Source of the DNA: Hydrolagus affinis
Lineage: Eukaryota
Length of the DNA stretch: 64,000 bases
Reading direction: 5' to 3'
NCBI GenBank assembly: GCA_012026655.1
Contig: JAAILG010000201.1
Span: forward strand, 62,001 to 126,000
The position numbers and the translations under genes were made by a program. Under the pieces are notes generated by a model, which did no database searches, was not told the origin of the DNA, and saw only the letters and a program-made list of their open reading frames with translations. Below, one piece after another: positions 48,501 to 56,979 of this stretch (the stretch's first letter is position 1; the number at the start of each line of letters is the position of its first letter).

Positions 48501-51277
48501 TTTACATATACTGTACTTTGTAAATATACAAACGGCAAGAATAGCAACTGGCACCAACTATCGTCTTGGGATGTCCTCCCGACATGAAATGTAAAATGTA
48601 AAATGTAATTTGTTGTTGTTGTTGCATATGTTACATCCACAGTTCAAAATGAACACTTACAGTAAGATTAATACAACAAGACCTCTAAAATCCTATGAGA
48701 CAAAATTAGGTACCAATATTATTTGCATAACAATTTCACAAAAATTAATCTCAATATTGGAATTATACTTTAAACCATATTGATTAGGCCATACTGCACA
48801 AAACATCCATAGTGCACCAAATAGCTTTCAGCCACTAGATACCTCCGCCTCGCCCCTTCCGTTAGATCACAACTGAAGCCAATGTCTTCAACAATGTCTA
48901 CAGTTACCACTTCCCTTACCCGGCTCACCATCAGAATCTTCCACTGTTAGGTGGTCCGAGATGCTACTCCCAACATAAAAGCAAGCTGTTGGTGTTGATT
49001 CTGATATACTTCAGCACCACACAGACAGTTGGTATGGAAATGGGTTTCAAAGAAATTATACTTGCTAGAATAATCATTTTACCAAAAATGTCTTAACAGA
49101 ACTGCTAGGTTCTAAAAATTAGGTGTTCTGGAATAAAAGTTACAGAATTGAGTTGTGGCCGAGTGGTACTCCAGATCTATAATAGTGAAGCAGCAAGCAG
49201 GTTATACATTTGGCTCACCAGTACAAAAATTTAGGCTCATTCAGCAGAAATAAAACTTGTAATTCAATTTTCAAATAAGTGCACTTGTTTTTTGAGTTAC
49301 TACCAACATGGTAGAATTTGCACCATAGTCCACAATACTGAGTATTTGGGATATCACAGAATCATTAGAACTTGCACCTACAATACAAATTTACGCTGAG
49401 ACTCGGATCGATAATTGGTGTTTGAATTATTGCCCTGCCAGTACTGAAAGGAACGCATCTCAGTCTTGGTGAATACAGAAAGGCTTAAGGTACTCCAGGT
49501 TGATCAATGCATATTTTTTTGGCTGCTATCGTGTTAAAACAAAAAAGGGTCAAAAGCATTTTTTTGTAAATAACTACCATCCAGAACATTTGGTAGATAT
49601 GCATGCAGCAGCTGTGAAAATTGACTGTTCCTCAAATACAGTACTATTCACCTTGGAAAAAGGAATTCATTGTATTGATAATAATAGCAGTGAACTCATA
49701 CCCAAGGCCGATAACATCAACAACAACAAAATTACACTTGTATAGAGCCTATATTGTATAACAACAATATGAATTTAACATATCCTCATTGTATATAACA
49801 AGTTCTAAAGAATAGTGCGCAAATAATAGATTGTTATTAAAAATGTAATCAGATACTTTTTCCTTTCAAATGTTTCAATAAACAAGACTATCTGTATAAA
49901 ACAATGCTTCAAGCTCTCATCCAATATTTAAAAGTTAGTCTAATTGTTAACAGAAAATAAAGTGTGTACTTTGACACAAAAATTAAAAAAAATTACATGT
50001 AAAGAATGTGACAACCCTGATGCAATCACTTATCAATTGCCATACTGGAAGGCCAGAGGGTTGTCCCACTGTCTCAGAGAAGGACGAAACAATTCAGATC
50101 ATCTCAGTCATGATCTGAACAGATTTCAGATCAGGGAGATAGATTTTCACTTGAATCCCTTGTCTTTAAGAATTATTTTAAAAGAAAATAACTTGTATTT
50201 AACAAACTGTATAGTGTTGAAATTATACAGTATTTTATTTTGGTACAGCAGCTAAACTCCAAATTTAACAAACATTTTTTATGTAGAAATAAACATCTCT
50301 GTATCTCACTGCTCAAGTACGTTCCTGTTCAAACTAAAATGGCATTTGAGTTAAATTCTCTTTCAAAAAGAGAATTTCAAGGTGGCACTTAGCAAATGTC
50401 TTCAAAGTTCCTGTACACCCATTAGATAGCACACGCCAACTACTAACATAAAGCCTAATGTGTAATTTACAAATTTATTTTACATAAAGTATATTACGTA
50501 GAGAAACTCAGTAATTAGGATATCTTTGGGAAATGGTCAAAGATAGGATTTAATGATGAAAAGGAATCAAAGCAGATCGATTGGGAAAGGAAGTTCCAAA
50601 GGTGAATGAGTATTGGCTGAAGGTGTCAATAATAGCACAGTTGAAGGAGGCCTGAGCCAGCTGAGCAAAAGGGGCAGGCAGATAAATAGGATACTTTACT
50701 CCAGTTGCCTCATTCAACTGTACTGTAGTTCAATCACAATTATTTTCCAGCACAATAAATCACAGCACATCAAAACATTCTGAAATGCACCACCATTGCC
50801 TGTACTATTATTACACATATAATAATAGGGGGTAATAATCAGCTTTTAAAAATGCAGTCACTCAATCCAAGTGGCACGCAACTGTGCACAATTGGCTGCA
50901 GTGTTTCACCCAGAAAATCCAGTCAAACCACTTTATAGTATATCCTGTGAAGCACTTTGAGATGTCTCAACTTCATAACANNNNNNNNNNNNNNNNNNNN
51001 NNNNNNNNNNNNNNNNNNNNNNNNNNNNNNNNNNNNNNNNNNNNNNNNNNNNNNNNNNNNNNNNNNNNNNNNNNNNNNNNGTTATACACATATACGCACA
51101 AATATCTTATTCCATAGAATTAAAACTAAATACAACAATGATGGTGAAAGTGAACGCGACGCTTTGTGAGGCGAAGCAAACAGTCACCAGGTACTAACCT
51201 GCACCTGTTTCCGGAAGTGGAGCACCTCGAACACTGCGCAACGCCAGCAGCAGGAGAACAACACCACGTATCGCCAT
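3796..51277 (-). CDS. LMTK2: Lemur tyrosine kinase 2, complete spliced CDS, 14 exons, 1583 aa: join(51199-51277,36653-36777,35976-36126,33157-33230,31590-31708,28324-28411,21569-21705,15253-15337,13920-14038,12576-12725,7790-10991,6857-6992,6055-6312,3796-3824)
   Basis: All introns are GT-AG and phases join to 4752 nt with no internal stop. The translation carries LMTK2 hallmarks: [91 protein letters not shown] and C-terminal GSSEDGEKD. Confidence 0.96.
4551..4958. mobile_element. Tc1/mariner (pogo/Tigger-like) MITE remnant with an internal tandem repeat
   Basis: Left end CTGCTAAACCCCACTTAATGT vs right end (rc) CTGGTAGACCCCGCTTAACGT, 17/21 identical. TA flank on the left, TG on the right. 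Tigger-like internal TTCCATAGGAATGAATG. Confidence 0.6.
4702..4797. repeat. 32-bp tandem repeat x3
   Basis: Unit TCCCTGAYTGCCTGCCCGGCTCACTCACTCAT starting at 4702, 4734 and 4766. Confidence 0.9.
6055..6312 (-). CDS. LMTK2: LMTK2 exon 13 ([10 protein letters not shown]...[26 protein letters not shown]), includes the W-acidic kinesin-light-chain-binding-type motif
   Basis: gtttag acceptor, G|GTATGT donor, 258 nt. Confidence 0.95.
6857..6992 (-). CDS. LMTK2: LMTK2 exon 12 (ETPTKELGE...SESSTDED)
   Basis: Within ORF 6825-7019. tctaag acceptor, G|GTATG donor, 136 nt. Confidence 0.93.
7790..10991 (-). CDS. LMTK2: LMTK2 exon 11, giant exon covering the kinase C-lobe end, the long acidic/Ser-rich tail and the PP1-docking KKMVSF at 7823-7840
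   Basis: Core of the 1128-aa ORF 7697-11083. ttgcag acceptor before [11 protein letters not shown]|GTAAAT donor after FLFDQ, 3202 nt. Confidence 0.96.
11420..11491. repeat. Near-perfect palindrome, 35-bp arms, 2-nt loop, one mismatch
   Basis: AAAACATGCACCAGAAACTCATGATGTTGGGATTT-AC-AAATCCCAACCTCATGAGTTTCTGGTGCATGTTTT. Confidence 0.95.
11492..11820 (-). mobile_element. Degenerate L2 3' fragment abutting the palindrome
   Basis: Tail caacagcaacaacttgcacttat and purine-rich L2 3' body. Confidence 0.65.
12514..12555. repeat. Compound (AT)n(AG)n microsatellite about 20 nt into intron 10
   Basis: Direct reading. Confidence 0.95.
12576..12725 (-). CDS. LMTK2: LMTK2 exon 10 ([17 protein letters not shown]...THSDR)
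   Basis: Within ORF 12572-12763. tttttag acceptor, TG|GTAAT donor, 150 nt. Confidence 0.96.
13485..13828 (+). mobile_element. L2 LINE 3' fragment
   Basis: [14 protein letters not shown]...[11 protein letters not shown] peptide and tail gccttgggacatccttccaacgtgaaagg. Confidence 0.85.
13920..14038 (-). CDS. LMTK2: LMTK2 exon 9, activation segment ([39 protein letters not shown])
   Basis: atttag acceptor, TG|GTAAGC donor, 119 nt. Confidence 0.95.
14085..14212 (-). mobile_element. 5' half of the tRNA-derived SINE (tRNA-Ala-like head)
   Basis: GTCCTGTAGCTCAGTGGTTAGAGCAC A-box, CTTCGCAAG loop and GGGTTTGATTTCC B-box-like motif, followed by SINE body. Confidence 0.85.
15253..15337 (-). CDS. LMTK2: LMTK2 exon 8, catalytic loop and DYG ([28 protein letters not shown])
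   Basis: Within ORF 15142-15378. tgccag acceptor, AGG|GTAAGT donor, 85 nt. Confidence 0.96.
16855..17020 (-). mobile_element. SINE 3' half
   Basis: ggcagccaaattgcacacagcagtgtcccacaaacagtcgtg body motif. Confidence 0.8.
17488..17700 (+). mobile_element. L2 3' fragment
   Basis: ctctggaattccatcccac...gccttggggtgtcctcccgatgtgaaa, then (TTG)n. Confidence 0.8.
21569..21705 (-). CDS. LMTK2: LMTK2 exon 7 ([10 protein letters not shown]...[20 protein letters not shown])
   Basis: tcacag acceptor, AG|GTATA donor, 137 nt. Confidence 0.96.
23050..23220 (-). mobile_element. SINE 3' half
   Basis: (AAT)n tail plus body motif. Confidence 0.82.
24800..25010. repeat. CT-rich low-complexity tract with CTCACCTTCTCT units
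   Basis: Repeated ctcaccttctct/ttcaccttctct motifs and a short (TG)n. Confidence 0.8.
27278..27680 (-). mobile_element. L2 LINE 3' fragment
   Basis: [14 protein letters not shown]...[16 protein letters not shown] peptide and (TTG)n tail. Confidence 0.88.
28324..28411 (-). CDS. LMTK2: LMTK2 exon 6 ([29 protein letters not shown])
   Basis: Within ORF 28246-28431. ttttag acceptor, CTG|GTAAGT donor, 88 nt. Confidence 0.96.
29179..29712 (-). mobile_element. L2 LINE 3' fragment
   Basis: RLHCLP...IKFKIF peptide and (TTG)n tail. Confidence 0.85.
30200..30432 (-). mobile_element. SINE lacking tRNA head
   Basis: Tail and body match the other copies. Confidence 0.85.
30880..31518 (+). mobile_element. 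L2 LINE 3' fragment
   Basis: ttcaaagccctccatggccttgccccaccctacctc motif and (TTG)n tail at ~31505-31518. Confidence 0.83.
31590..31708 (-). CDS. LMTK2: LMTK2 exon 5, beta3 Lys and alphaC region ([39 protein letters not shown])
   Basis: tgacag acceptor, AG|GTTAG donor, 119 nt. Confidence 0.96.
32455..32620 (-). mobile_element. SINE internal fragment
   Basis: Body motif gcagccaattgcacactgcagtgtccc...aaggaaacttgcccaag. Confidence 0.8.
33157..33230 (-). CDS. LMTK2: LMTK2 exon 4, kinase Gly-rich loop ([24 protein letters not shown])
   Basis: tttgcag acceptor, AAG|GTAAGT donor, 74 nt. Confidence 0.96.
34560..34860 (-). mobile_element. Highly degenerate DeuSINE
   Basis: Tail, body and Deu-core remnants in reverse orientation. 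Confidence 0.5.
35976..36126 (-). CDS. LMTK2: LMTK2 exon 3 ([21 protein letters not shown]...SFKMQ)
   Basis: Within ORF 35917-36210. ttgcag acceptor, G|GTATG donor, 151 nt. Confidence 0.95.
36653..36777 (-). CDS. LMTK2: LMTK2 exon 2, transmembrane helix and Cys cluster ([41 protein letters not shown])
   Basis: ttccag acceptor, AAG|GTGAG donor, 125 nt. Not in the ORF track; translated by hand. Confidence 0.95.
37070..37790 (+). mobile_element. Penelope-like element remnant with an inverted partial copy, interrupted by the hAT MITE
   Basis: ~37070-37200 is an inverted copy of ~37230-37350. It continues with ctgaagaagggtc...gatgatgcctgacctgctgagtgttcccagc, also seen at 52000 and 52680, a terminus I recognise from chondrichthyan Penelope-like repeats. 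Confidence 0.6.
37419..37728. mobile_element. Non-autonomous hAT MITE, 310 bp
   Basis: TIRs TAGGGTCTGTCGATAT and (rc) TAGGGTCTGGTGATAT, 14/16 identical. Perfect 8-bp TSD GTTCCCAG at 37411-37418 and 37729-37736. Many CGATAT subterminal repeats. Confidence 0.92.
37974..38222 (+). mobile_element. tRNA-derived SINE, internally deleted, plus orientation
   Basis: gtcctgtaggtcagtg head joined to atttcaatccatgactgtttgtggga body, with (ATT)n tail. Confidence 0.85.
39595..39885 (-). mobile_element. Near full-length tRNA-derived SINE
   Basis: tRNA head at ~39815-39885, body ccttactccacacg...aaattggtcat-like, degenerate tail. Confidence 0.85.
41610..41785 (-). mobile_element. SINE 3' half
   Basis: (AAT)n tail plus body motif. 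Confidence 0.83.
42848..43032 (-). mobile_element. SINE 3' half
   Basis: (AAT)n tail plus body motif. Confidence 0.83.
43405..43765 (-). mobile_element. CR1-type LINE 3' end (shorter copy at ~7423-7530)
   Basis: catagaa...acagcacaaaaagaggacattcagcccat...ctttgaaaagagct is shared between the two loci and resembles chondrichthyan CR1 3' ends. Confidence 0.65.
43790..44390 (-). mobile_element. L2 LINE 3' fragment
   Basis: [25 protein letters not shown]...IGGWAFS is L2 ORF2 C-terminus, followed by the L2 tail. Confidence 0.88.
44715..45900 (-). mobile_element. L2-clade LINE ORF2 (reverse transcriptase) fragment, degenerate
   Basis: ORF-track peptides [10 protein letters not shown]...IINLSLSIG and [15 protein letters not shown]...[25 protein letters not shown]...[14 protein letters not shown] are typical L2 RT motifs. 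Frameshifted, with a nested short tail at ~44797-44850. Confidence 0.9.
46040..46912 (+). mobile_element. L2 LINE 3' fragment(s), plus strand, with duplicated tail
   Basis: [21 protein letters not shown] peptide; tails ending (TTG)n at ~46810 and ~46910. Confidence 0.82.
50981..51080. other. Assembly gap (100 N) in intron 1
   Basis: Run of exactly 100 n, typical of a placeholder gap of unknown size. Confidence 0.99.
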
Positions 51278-51870
51278 TCTCGACAGGGCCCCGCACAGAC
51301 GGACTGGCGACTTTTAAATCAGCCCGTTAACTGACGCATCGAAAAAGAGACCGATGTATATCGATGTCCCAGACGCTCCCAGAATTTAGGCGAATGGCCC
51401 CAAGCGGGGAGCGCGACAACCGCGTTTCTTCTTCAGGACCTGCGACACCGCTGAGCCGAGTGTGTCTCCGGTTGGCTAGCGCCGCGCCATAAAAACGCAT
51501 CCTCACATTAAAACAAAGGCTTCGGAGGCCGCTCTGGAACTCGCGAATGTCTTAAAACGCACAGGTTCTCGGCAACGCTCCACGCACTGCTTTGTCCGTA
51601 TTTCACCGCTGTCCGCAAGCCTGTCTGACGGCCGCCATGATACGTCGCGCGCGCGTCGATGATGTTGAGGACGGGGGGGAGAAACGGTCGTTCCTCCTCC
51701 TCCCGCCCACGGCCCGTGATTGATTGACTGCCAAGCGACCAATGGAATCTGGTGTTGTAGAGGTTGACCCGGTTATCAACCAATCACCTCTGGTGTGGGC
51801 GGAACTTCTGGTGACGCTATTCCCCTGCGGGGCAGAGCTGCTGCGTCATTCGCCTGGCAACCGAGGGAGG
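51150..51870 (-). promoter_or_regulatory. CpG island / TATA-less LMTK2 promoter
   Basis: Sharp rise in GC and CpG content around exon 1. GC boxes at 51702-51708 and 51797-51802, CCAAT at 51739-51743 and 51780-51784, CRE half-site TGACG at 51812-51816, YY1-like GCCGCCAT at 51631-51638. Confidence 0.85.
51199..51277 (-). CDS. LMTK2: LMTK2 exon 1 coding part ([26 protein letters not shown])
   Basis: ATG in strong Kozak context (A at -3, G at +4) inside the CpG island. Donor G|GTTAGT, 79 nt, phase 1. Confidence 0.9.
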
Positions 51871-51999
51871 GAGTAAATTGGGAACCAGATCCTGGAGTTG
51901 AGGGTGTGTTGCTATGGGTCAGGTGCTGGAACCATGGTGTTATATTCTGATCCACACACCCCACTATGTGGAGGGGGAAAAGGTCAACCCTAAACAATA

Positions 52000-52105
52000 C
52001 AGAGGCTGATGAAGGGTCGCGGACCTGAAATATTAACTCGCTTTCCTTTCTCCATAGATGCTGCCTGACCCCTGCTGAGTGTTCCCAGCGATCTCTGTTT
52101 TTGAC
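52000..52105 (+). mobile_element. Penelope-like terminal fragment with hammerhead-type core
   Basis: CTGATGA-AGGGTC-GCG-GACCT-GAAA followed by ccatagatgctgcctgacccctgctgagtgttcccagc. Confidence 0.6.
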
Positions 52106-52574
52106 TCAGAGGGTGTAGTAGTATTGGTCGAGGGTTAATACCAGTGATGAGAGGTTATAGATTCTGATTCATCCCTGTTAAATTGCAGAAAAGCAGGTTT
52201 AAGACAATGATAAGATTGCGAAACCCAACTATAGTTTTTAGAAGTATAAAGGGAAGGTTGGAAACAGTGTTTTAGATAAAAGACTTTTAGGATGTGGAAC
52301 ATACATATATAATATACACATTACAGTATATGTTACAAAGTGCTTTGAGATGTCTTGATGTAATAAGTCCTACATCAAATGCAAGGATTATTATCAAAAC
52401 ATCTTTTTACATTAAATGTTTAAATGCAAGTTATTATTCAGCCAAATCTATTATTTCAAGTGGAATTTGTTGGGAGTTGAATAATGAATTTTTTTTTTAA
52501 ATACAGGAAAGAACGGGTACATTGAATTAGAGTGGTTAACTTTAGTTGGGAACTACTAAGGCAGAGATAATGGT

Positions 52575-52790
52575 AAAACAAATTGATGGGAACACTCAGC
52601 AGGGGTCAGGCTGCATCTATGGAGATAGGAAAAATTAGTCAATATTTTGGGTCAACAACCTTTCTTCAGAACCCAGTTCTGACGAAGGGTCATGGACCCA
52701 AAATGTTGACTGACTTTCCCCATAGATGCTGTGTGGCCTGCTGAGTGTTTCCAGCAATTTCTGTTTTTGGTTGGACTTCTAGCATCTGTA
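52575..52790. mobile_element. Inverted pair of Penelope-like terminal fragments
   Basis: ~52575-52672 is the reverse complement of the unit at ~52674-52790. Confidence 0.6.
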
Positions 52791-52829
52791 ATCTTATTGT
52801 GTTTTGTTTAGAGGTAAAATAATGCTCCT

Positions 52830-53125
52830 TATGTGCTGAAAGTTCCAAGGCACTGAACAATCGAAGACAAGGGTCCTGAGGTGTGCCTAGAAGGAGGCAG
52901 ATGAGTGAGCGAGGTGAAGGGAATGTGGGATGGAGTTTCAGAGAGTGGGGGCAGAGAGTTGAATGCCCAACCGCCGATGGGGTAGAACAGGTTTGGGACA
53001 TGGAGGAGGTCGAAGCCTGCTGAGCAGAGGGAGTGGTGGCTTGATCAGGATTTCCCAGGTTACAGAGGTAGGAAGGGGCAAGGCCATGGAAGGCCTTGAA
53101 GGTGAAGATGAGTATTTTGAAGATG
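52830..53125 (-). mobile_element. L2 3' fragment
   Basis: [19 protein letters not shown] peptide. Confidence 0.82.
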
Positions 53126-53129
53126 AAGA

Positions 53130-53400
53130 ATCCTTGCATTTGATATAGTGCTTTTCATGTCATCGAGACATCTCAAAGCACTTCACAGAATATACTGTAA
53201 AGTGAATTGACTGTATTTTTGTGGACGAAACGTGGCAGCAGTGTCCCACAAACAGTTGTGGATTGAAAATGACCAATTTATTATTGTTTATTTTTGAGGG
53301 ATTATTATCAAGTTTGTGGAGTAAGGAAACTTGCCCAAGGTTTCGCCCTGCCTGGAATTGAGCCCAGGTCTCTCTCTTGTTAGGCGAGTGCTCTAACCTG
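53130..53400 (-). mobile_element. Near full-length tRNA-derived SINE
   Basis: Head remnant, body ctgtttgtgggacactgctg, and tail gcactatatcaaatgcaagga. Confidence 0.88.
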
Positions 53401-56400
53401 TACATAGCCACATTTTGATTGCAGCAGCTCCACTCCCACGTCTTTATTCCTCTCTAAAGGTTTATGGTGGGCTGGAGAGGGGGGGCAGTGGGGAGGGAAG
53501 AGGAGCCTCCATTTCACTCAATCCTCTGAGGGTTTGGAGTAAACCTTGGGACGTCCTCCTGACGTGAAAGGCGCTCTATAAATGTAATTTGTTGTTGTTG
53601 TTGTTCGGGGGCCAGTGGAGCTGCGCGAGGGTGGATGTGATGGGTCACAGAGCCTGGTGCAGGAGAGACATGAGCTGCAGAGTGAGTTCTGGTTGATTTG
53701 CAGCTTGTGGAGGGAAGAGTTGAGAAGGCTGAGAAGCAGGATTACACTGAAGCAAATGATTAAGAGGTGATGTTCGCAAAGTTTTCAGGATCCTAAAATA
53801 AGCTTTAGATAAAATGGACGCCAATAATAAGTTTAATGTAGTCAAGAATTCCACAAGGAGGTCAAGCTCAAAGAAGCTGAATAAGTGCTTTAGATTTAAC
53901 TACAGTATATATGAAGGACAGATTGCCCACGATAGCATAGTGCACAGTGTTGCTATTTCATGAGGGGTTTTGGAGAGGGGAGAAGATAATGAGAGATTGT
54001 GAACAATTGTATTTAACAAAAGTGTTCATTGTCTTATTACCAACCTGATTGACCTAATGATCATTTCCACTTTTATGCATTCCTATGTTGTGTATTTCAT
54101 ATTTTTCAATCTCCGCACGACCTCAGGTACTGGTATTGTATTCATAAATAATAGATCTACGCCTTTTTCCTTTTGTTTAGTGTGGCCCTTTTAAGTGTTG
54201 CCAACACAGTTCGACATTATTTGCATTCAGTTAAAATGTCATGGGACTCTCTCACCCCTCCCCCCACCCCCTGGCTATATTTCCTTCATTTGTGTGTATT
54301 GGGGGGAGGGTATGGGGAAGAAGAAGAGATTAGTTGATAGCTTATTGATATTTTATTGGGAAGCATAGATTTGACAGAGGTTTATAAAAAGGCATGTGCC
54401 GATGCTAAAAGTGGGATTGCGTTTGAAGCCAAGTACATTTATGATGACCTTTCAGATCCCAGAGTTCAGTTCCAAAGCTCCAATGGTGCACCACATGTAC
54501 AGCATTTTGTTAGGCTGCCAACATCAAGGAAATGTTTGGAGTGAGATTCATGATCACAGTAAGTGAGATCCTTTACATGCCCATTTGAACCAAAATAAGT
54601 TTTATTTTTCACAGTGAGATAAAGGAAAATCATGTTTCAACCCTCATTTAATCTTGATAAGACAAATCAAGAACGCTGAAAAGGAGATTTCTAAGCAATT
54701 GGTTTACTGGATGTGTGGTGGAATAATTCAGAACAAATGAGGTATGGTTGACCCGTTATAACATCAAACCATCCACAACATAGACAACTATGCCCCAATC
54801 ACCTCCAATTTCTGCTGATTGTAGGCTTTTATGGGGATGGATTGGAAAGAATACTGTACTGATACTGAAAGGGGTAGCAGAATCATTGCCAGAGACTGGC
54901 GGCAATTGAACAAGTTGGGCCAGGGTACTAGATGCACTTAATCCGCTTGTGTATTAATGGGAATACATGGGTTGACATTAAGAAGGTATGAGATCAAAAG
55001 GGCCTTAAACCTCTTTAGTGATTTGTGTTATCATCAAACCTTTAAATCTAATCCAAGGGCAGGAATTGGATGGACGAAGTGAAGACAAGCTCTTAAAGTG
55101 TTCTTTTGAAATATATAGGTGCCATAATTATGTTAATTTAAAATGTAATCATACACTTAAGTGCACAAAATGTGAAAATAGGGGTGTGCTGTTGCTATTT
55201 TCACCTCTCAGACTTCAGTTTTACCCACAATGGAACAAAAGATTCTTTCTGGCATCTGTCAGGATCTTGAATAAGTCTGAGGAGTCACAACCCGAATGGG
55301 CATCTGTCACAGCTCAATAATTCATTTACTCACACTAAATAGTGTACAGGCTTTCACAGCAGGCTTAAAAGACAGATCAAAATCATTTCTGACCTATTCG
55401 TAAAACATTCTGTTTCTTATACACTCAGACTTACACCAGGAATTATTTTCAAGTTCAATAAGCTTTAAATGCATTTCATGAAAACACCCCTTACCTTTTG
55501 AGCATCGTGGGTCAGGAGTAGTTATGTTGCAAGTTGCATTCTCCTTGGGGCATAGAAAACTGGAGAAAAGCTGGATGCTTTTGCTTAGAACCGGTTTACA
55601 GAGCCACAGAAACATGGATAATCCTTCCATGACAACTGGTGCACAATCTAGGGAAAGTAAAATTGAAATGCATTTTTTTAAAATAAAGGCTGAACTGAGG
55701 GATGCTTTTAGTTAGTGCAACAACAACAAATTAATACTTGTACAGGGATGGAGTTCCAGAGGTTGGGGGCAGAGGGGCTAAAGGCTCGCCTGCCAATGGT
55801 GGATCAGGGGAGGGGTGGGGGCGGGCAGAATGTATGGGTGAGTGCAGCCATATTATATAAAAATATAATTTTACAATGTAATGTTCTGCTCTCAAAATGT
55901 GTTTGGGTATGTTTGGAAAGTTATGTACGATTTGTGTCTCCTGCTAGCACTAGCAGTGAATTTATGCATCTTGTATTTGATCCAGTGGTACATTTAGGAC
56001 ATCAGAAAACAGAAATAATGAGCCAATCTCCTGACCAAAGTGGAAATGAAACATCATATTTGAAGTTGGAAGACTGAGACATTTCAAATATATTTGACTT
56101 GGAGAAATGTTACCGTTTTAAACTTTAGGGAACGAGAAAATGTTTTTAGCACAGGGACAGCAGTAAAGCTTCAAAAAAACTTTTAAAATTAATATTGTAC
56201 ATTGTACAGTATTGTACTAAAACAACACCATATCATGCTAGTAAAGAATGAATGGCTAAAGTAGCCAAATTCCTAAATCAATTAATACTGCCAAATAAAA
56301 ATTGATTCCTTCATAACATCAAACCAGTTATCAAATCAGCAAAAATACTGATAAATAAATTTTATCCTTTCAAAAATGATTGTGAATTAAATCTGCTAGT

Positions 56401-56979
56401 TATTCATCAAAATGTAATTTTAAATGTTTATGATTTTTCTATCACCTAATCACAGTGTATTTTGCTAAACCTGTCTGCATTAGAATGTGCAGTACTGTAC
56501 TTTCAGATGGATGCCACCTATCTGATATGAGCTGAAATTGCAGTTTCTCACTCCTCATCTGTGTTATAAAGAGAGATTAAAGGGAATAACTCACCAGTTT
56601 ATGGTGCTCGTTTCATCAAAATAGCTCAGGACTGTGGCCAAAATTTTGTGTCATATGCAGTGAATTTTTGCAGCTGAATGCGCCAGCCCCCAGTCCTGCA
56701 CTTGTATAGTATGTCACCTTAGACTACGTTTTCATATTCTGGGTAAATAAAAAAAGTGCGGGAAACACTTTACAAATTTTGAAAACTCCCTGTCTGTCGA
56801 CCTTCCCAACTCCTACCTCCATAGGATGCAGATTAGATACAAATATAATTTTGTTATATTGAGAGTAACATTTTGCTGCTTATCTATATTTTTCTCTTCT
56901 CATTCAAAGAAACTAAATCTGAAGAAATAACACATCATAGATTATACAAAAAATGTATTAATGTTTTCTTCTACAATAA

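Noticed and set aside
50884-51169. ORFs spanning the N run
   Set aside because: Artefacts of the assembly gap.
54610-54700. Parvalbumin/oncomodulin-like trace (CTTGATAAGACAAATCA, near LDKDKS), considered because OCM neighbours LMTK2 in other vertebrates
   Set aside because: It needs a frameshift, flanking residues do not match, and no other EF-hand exons were found.
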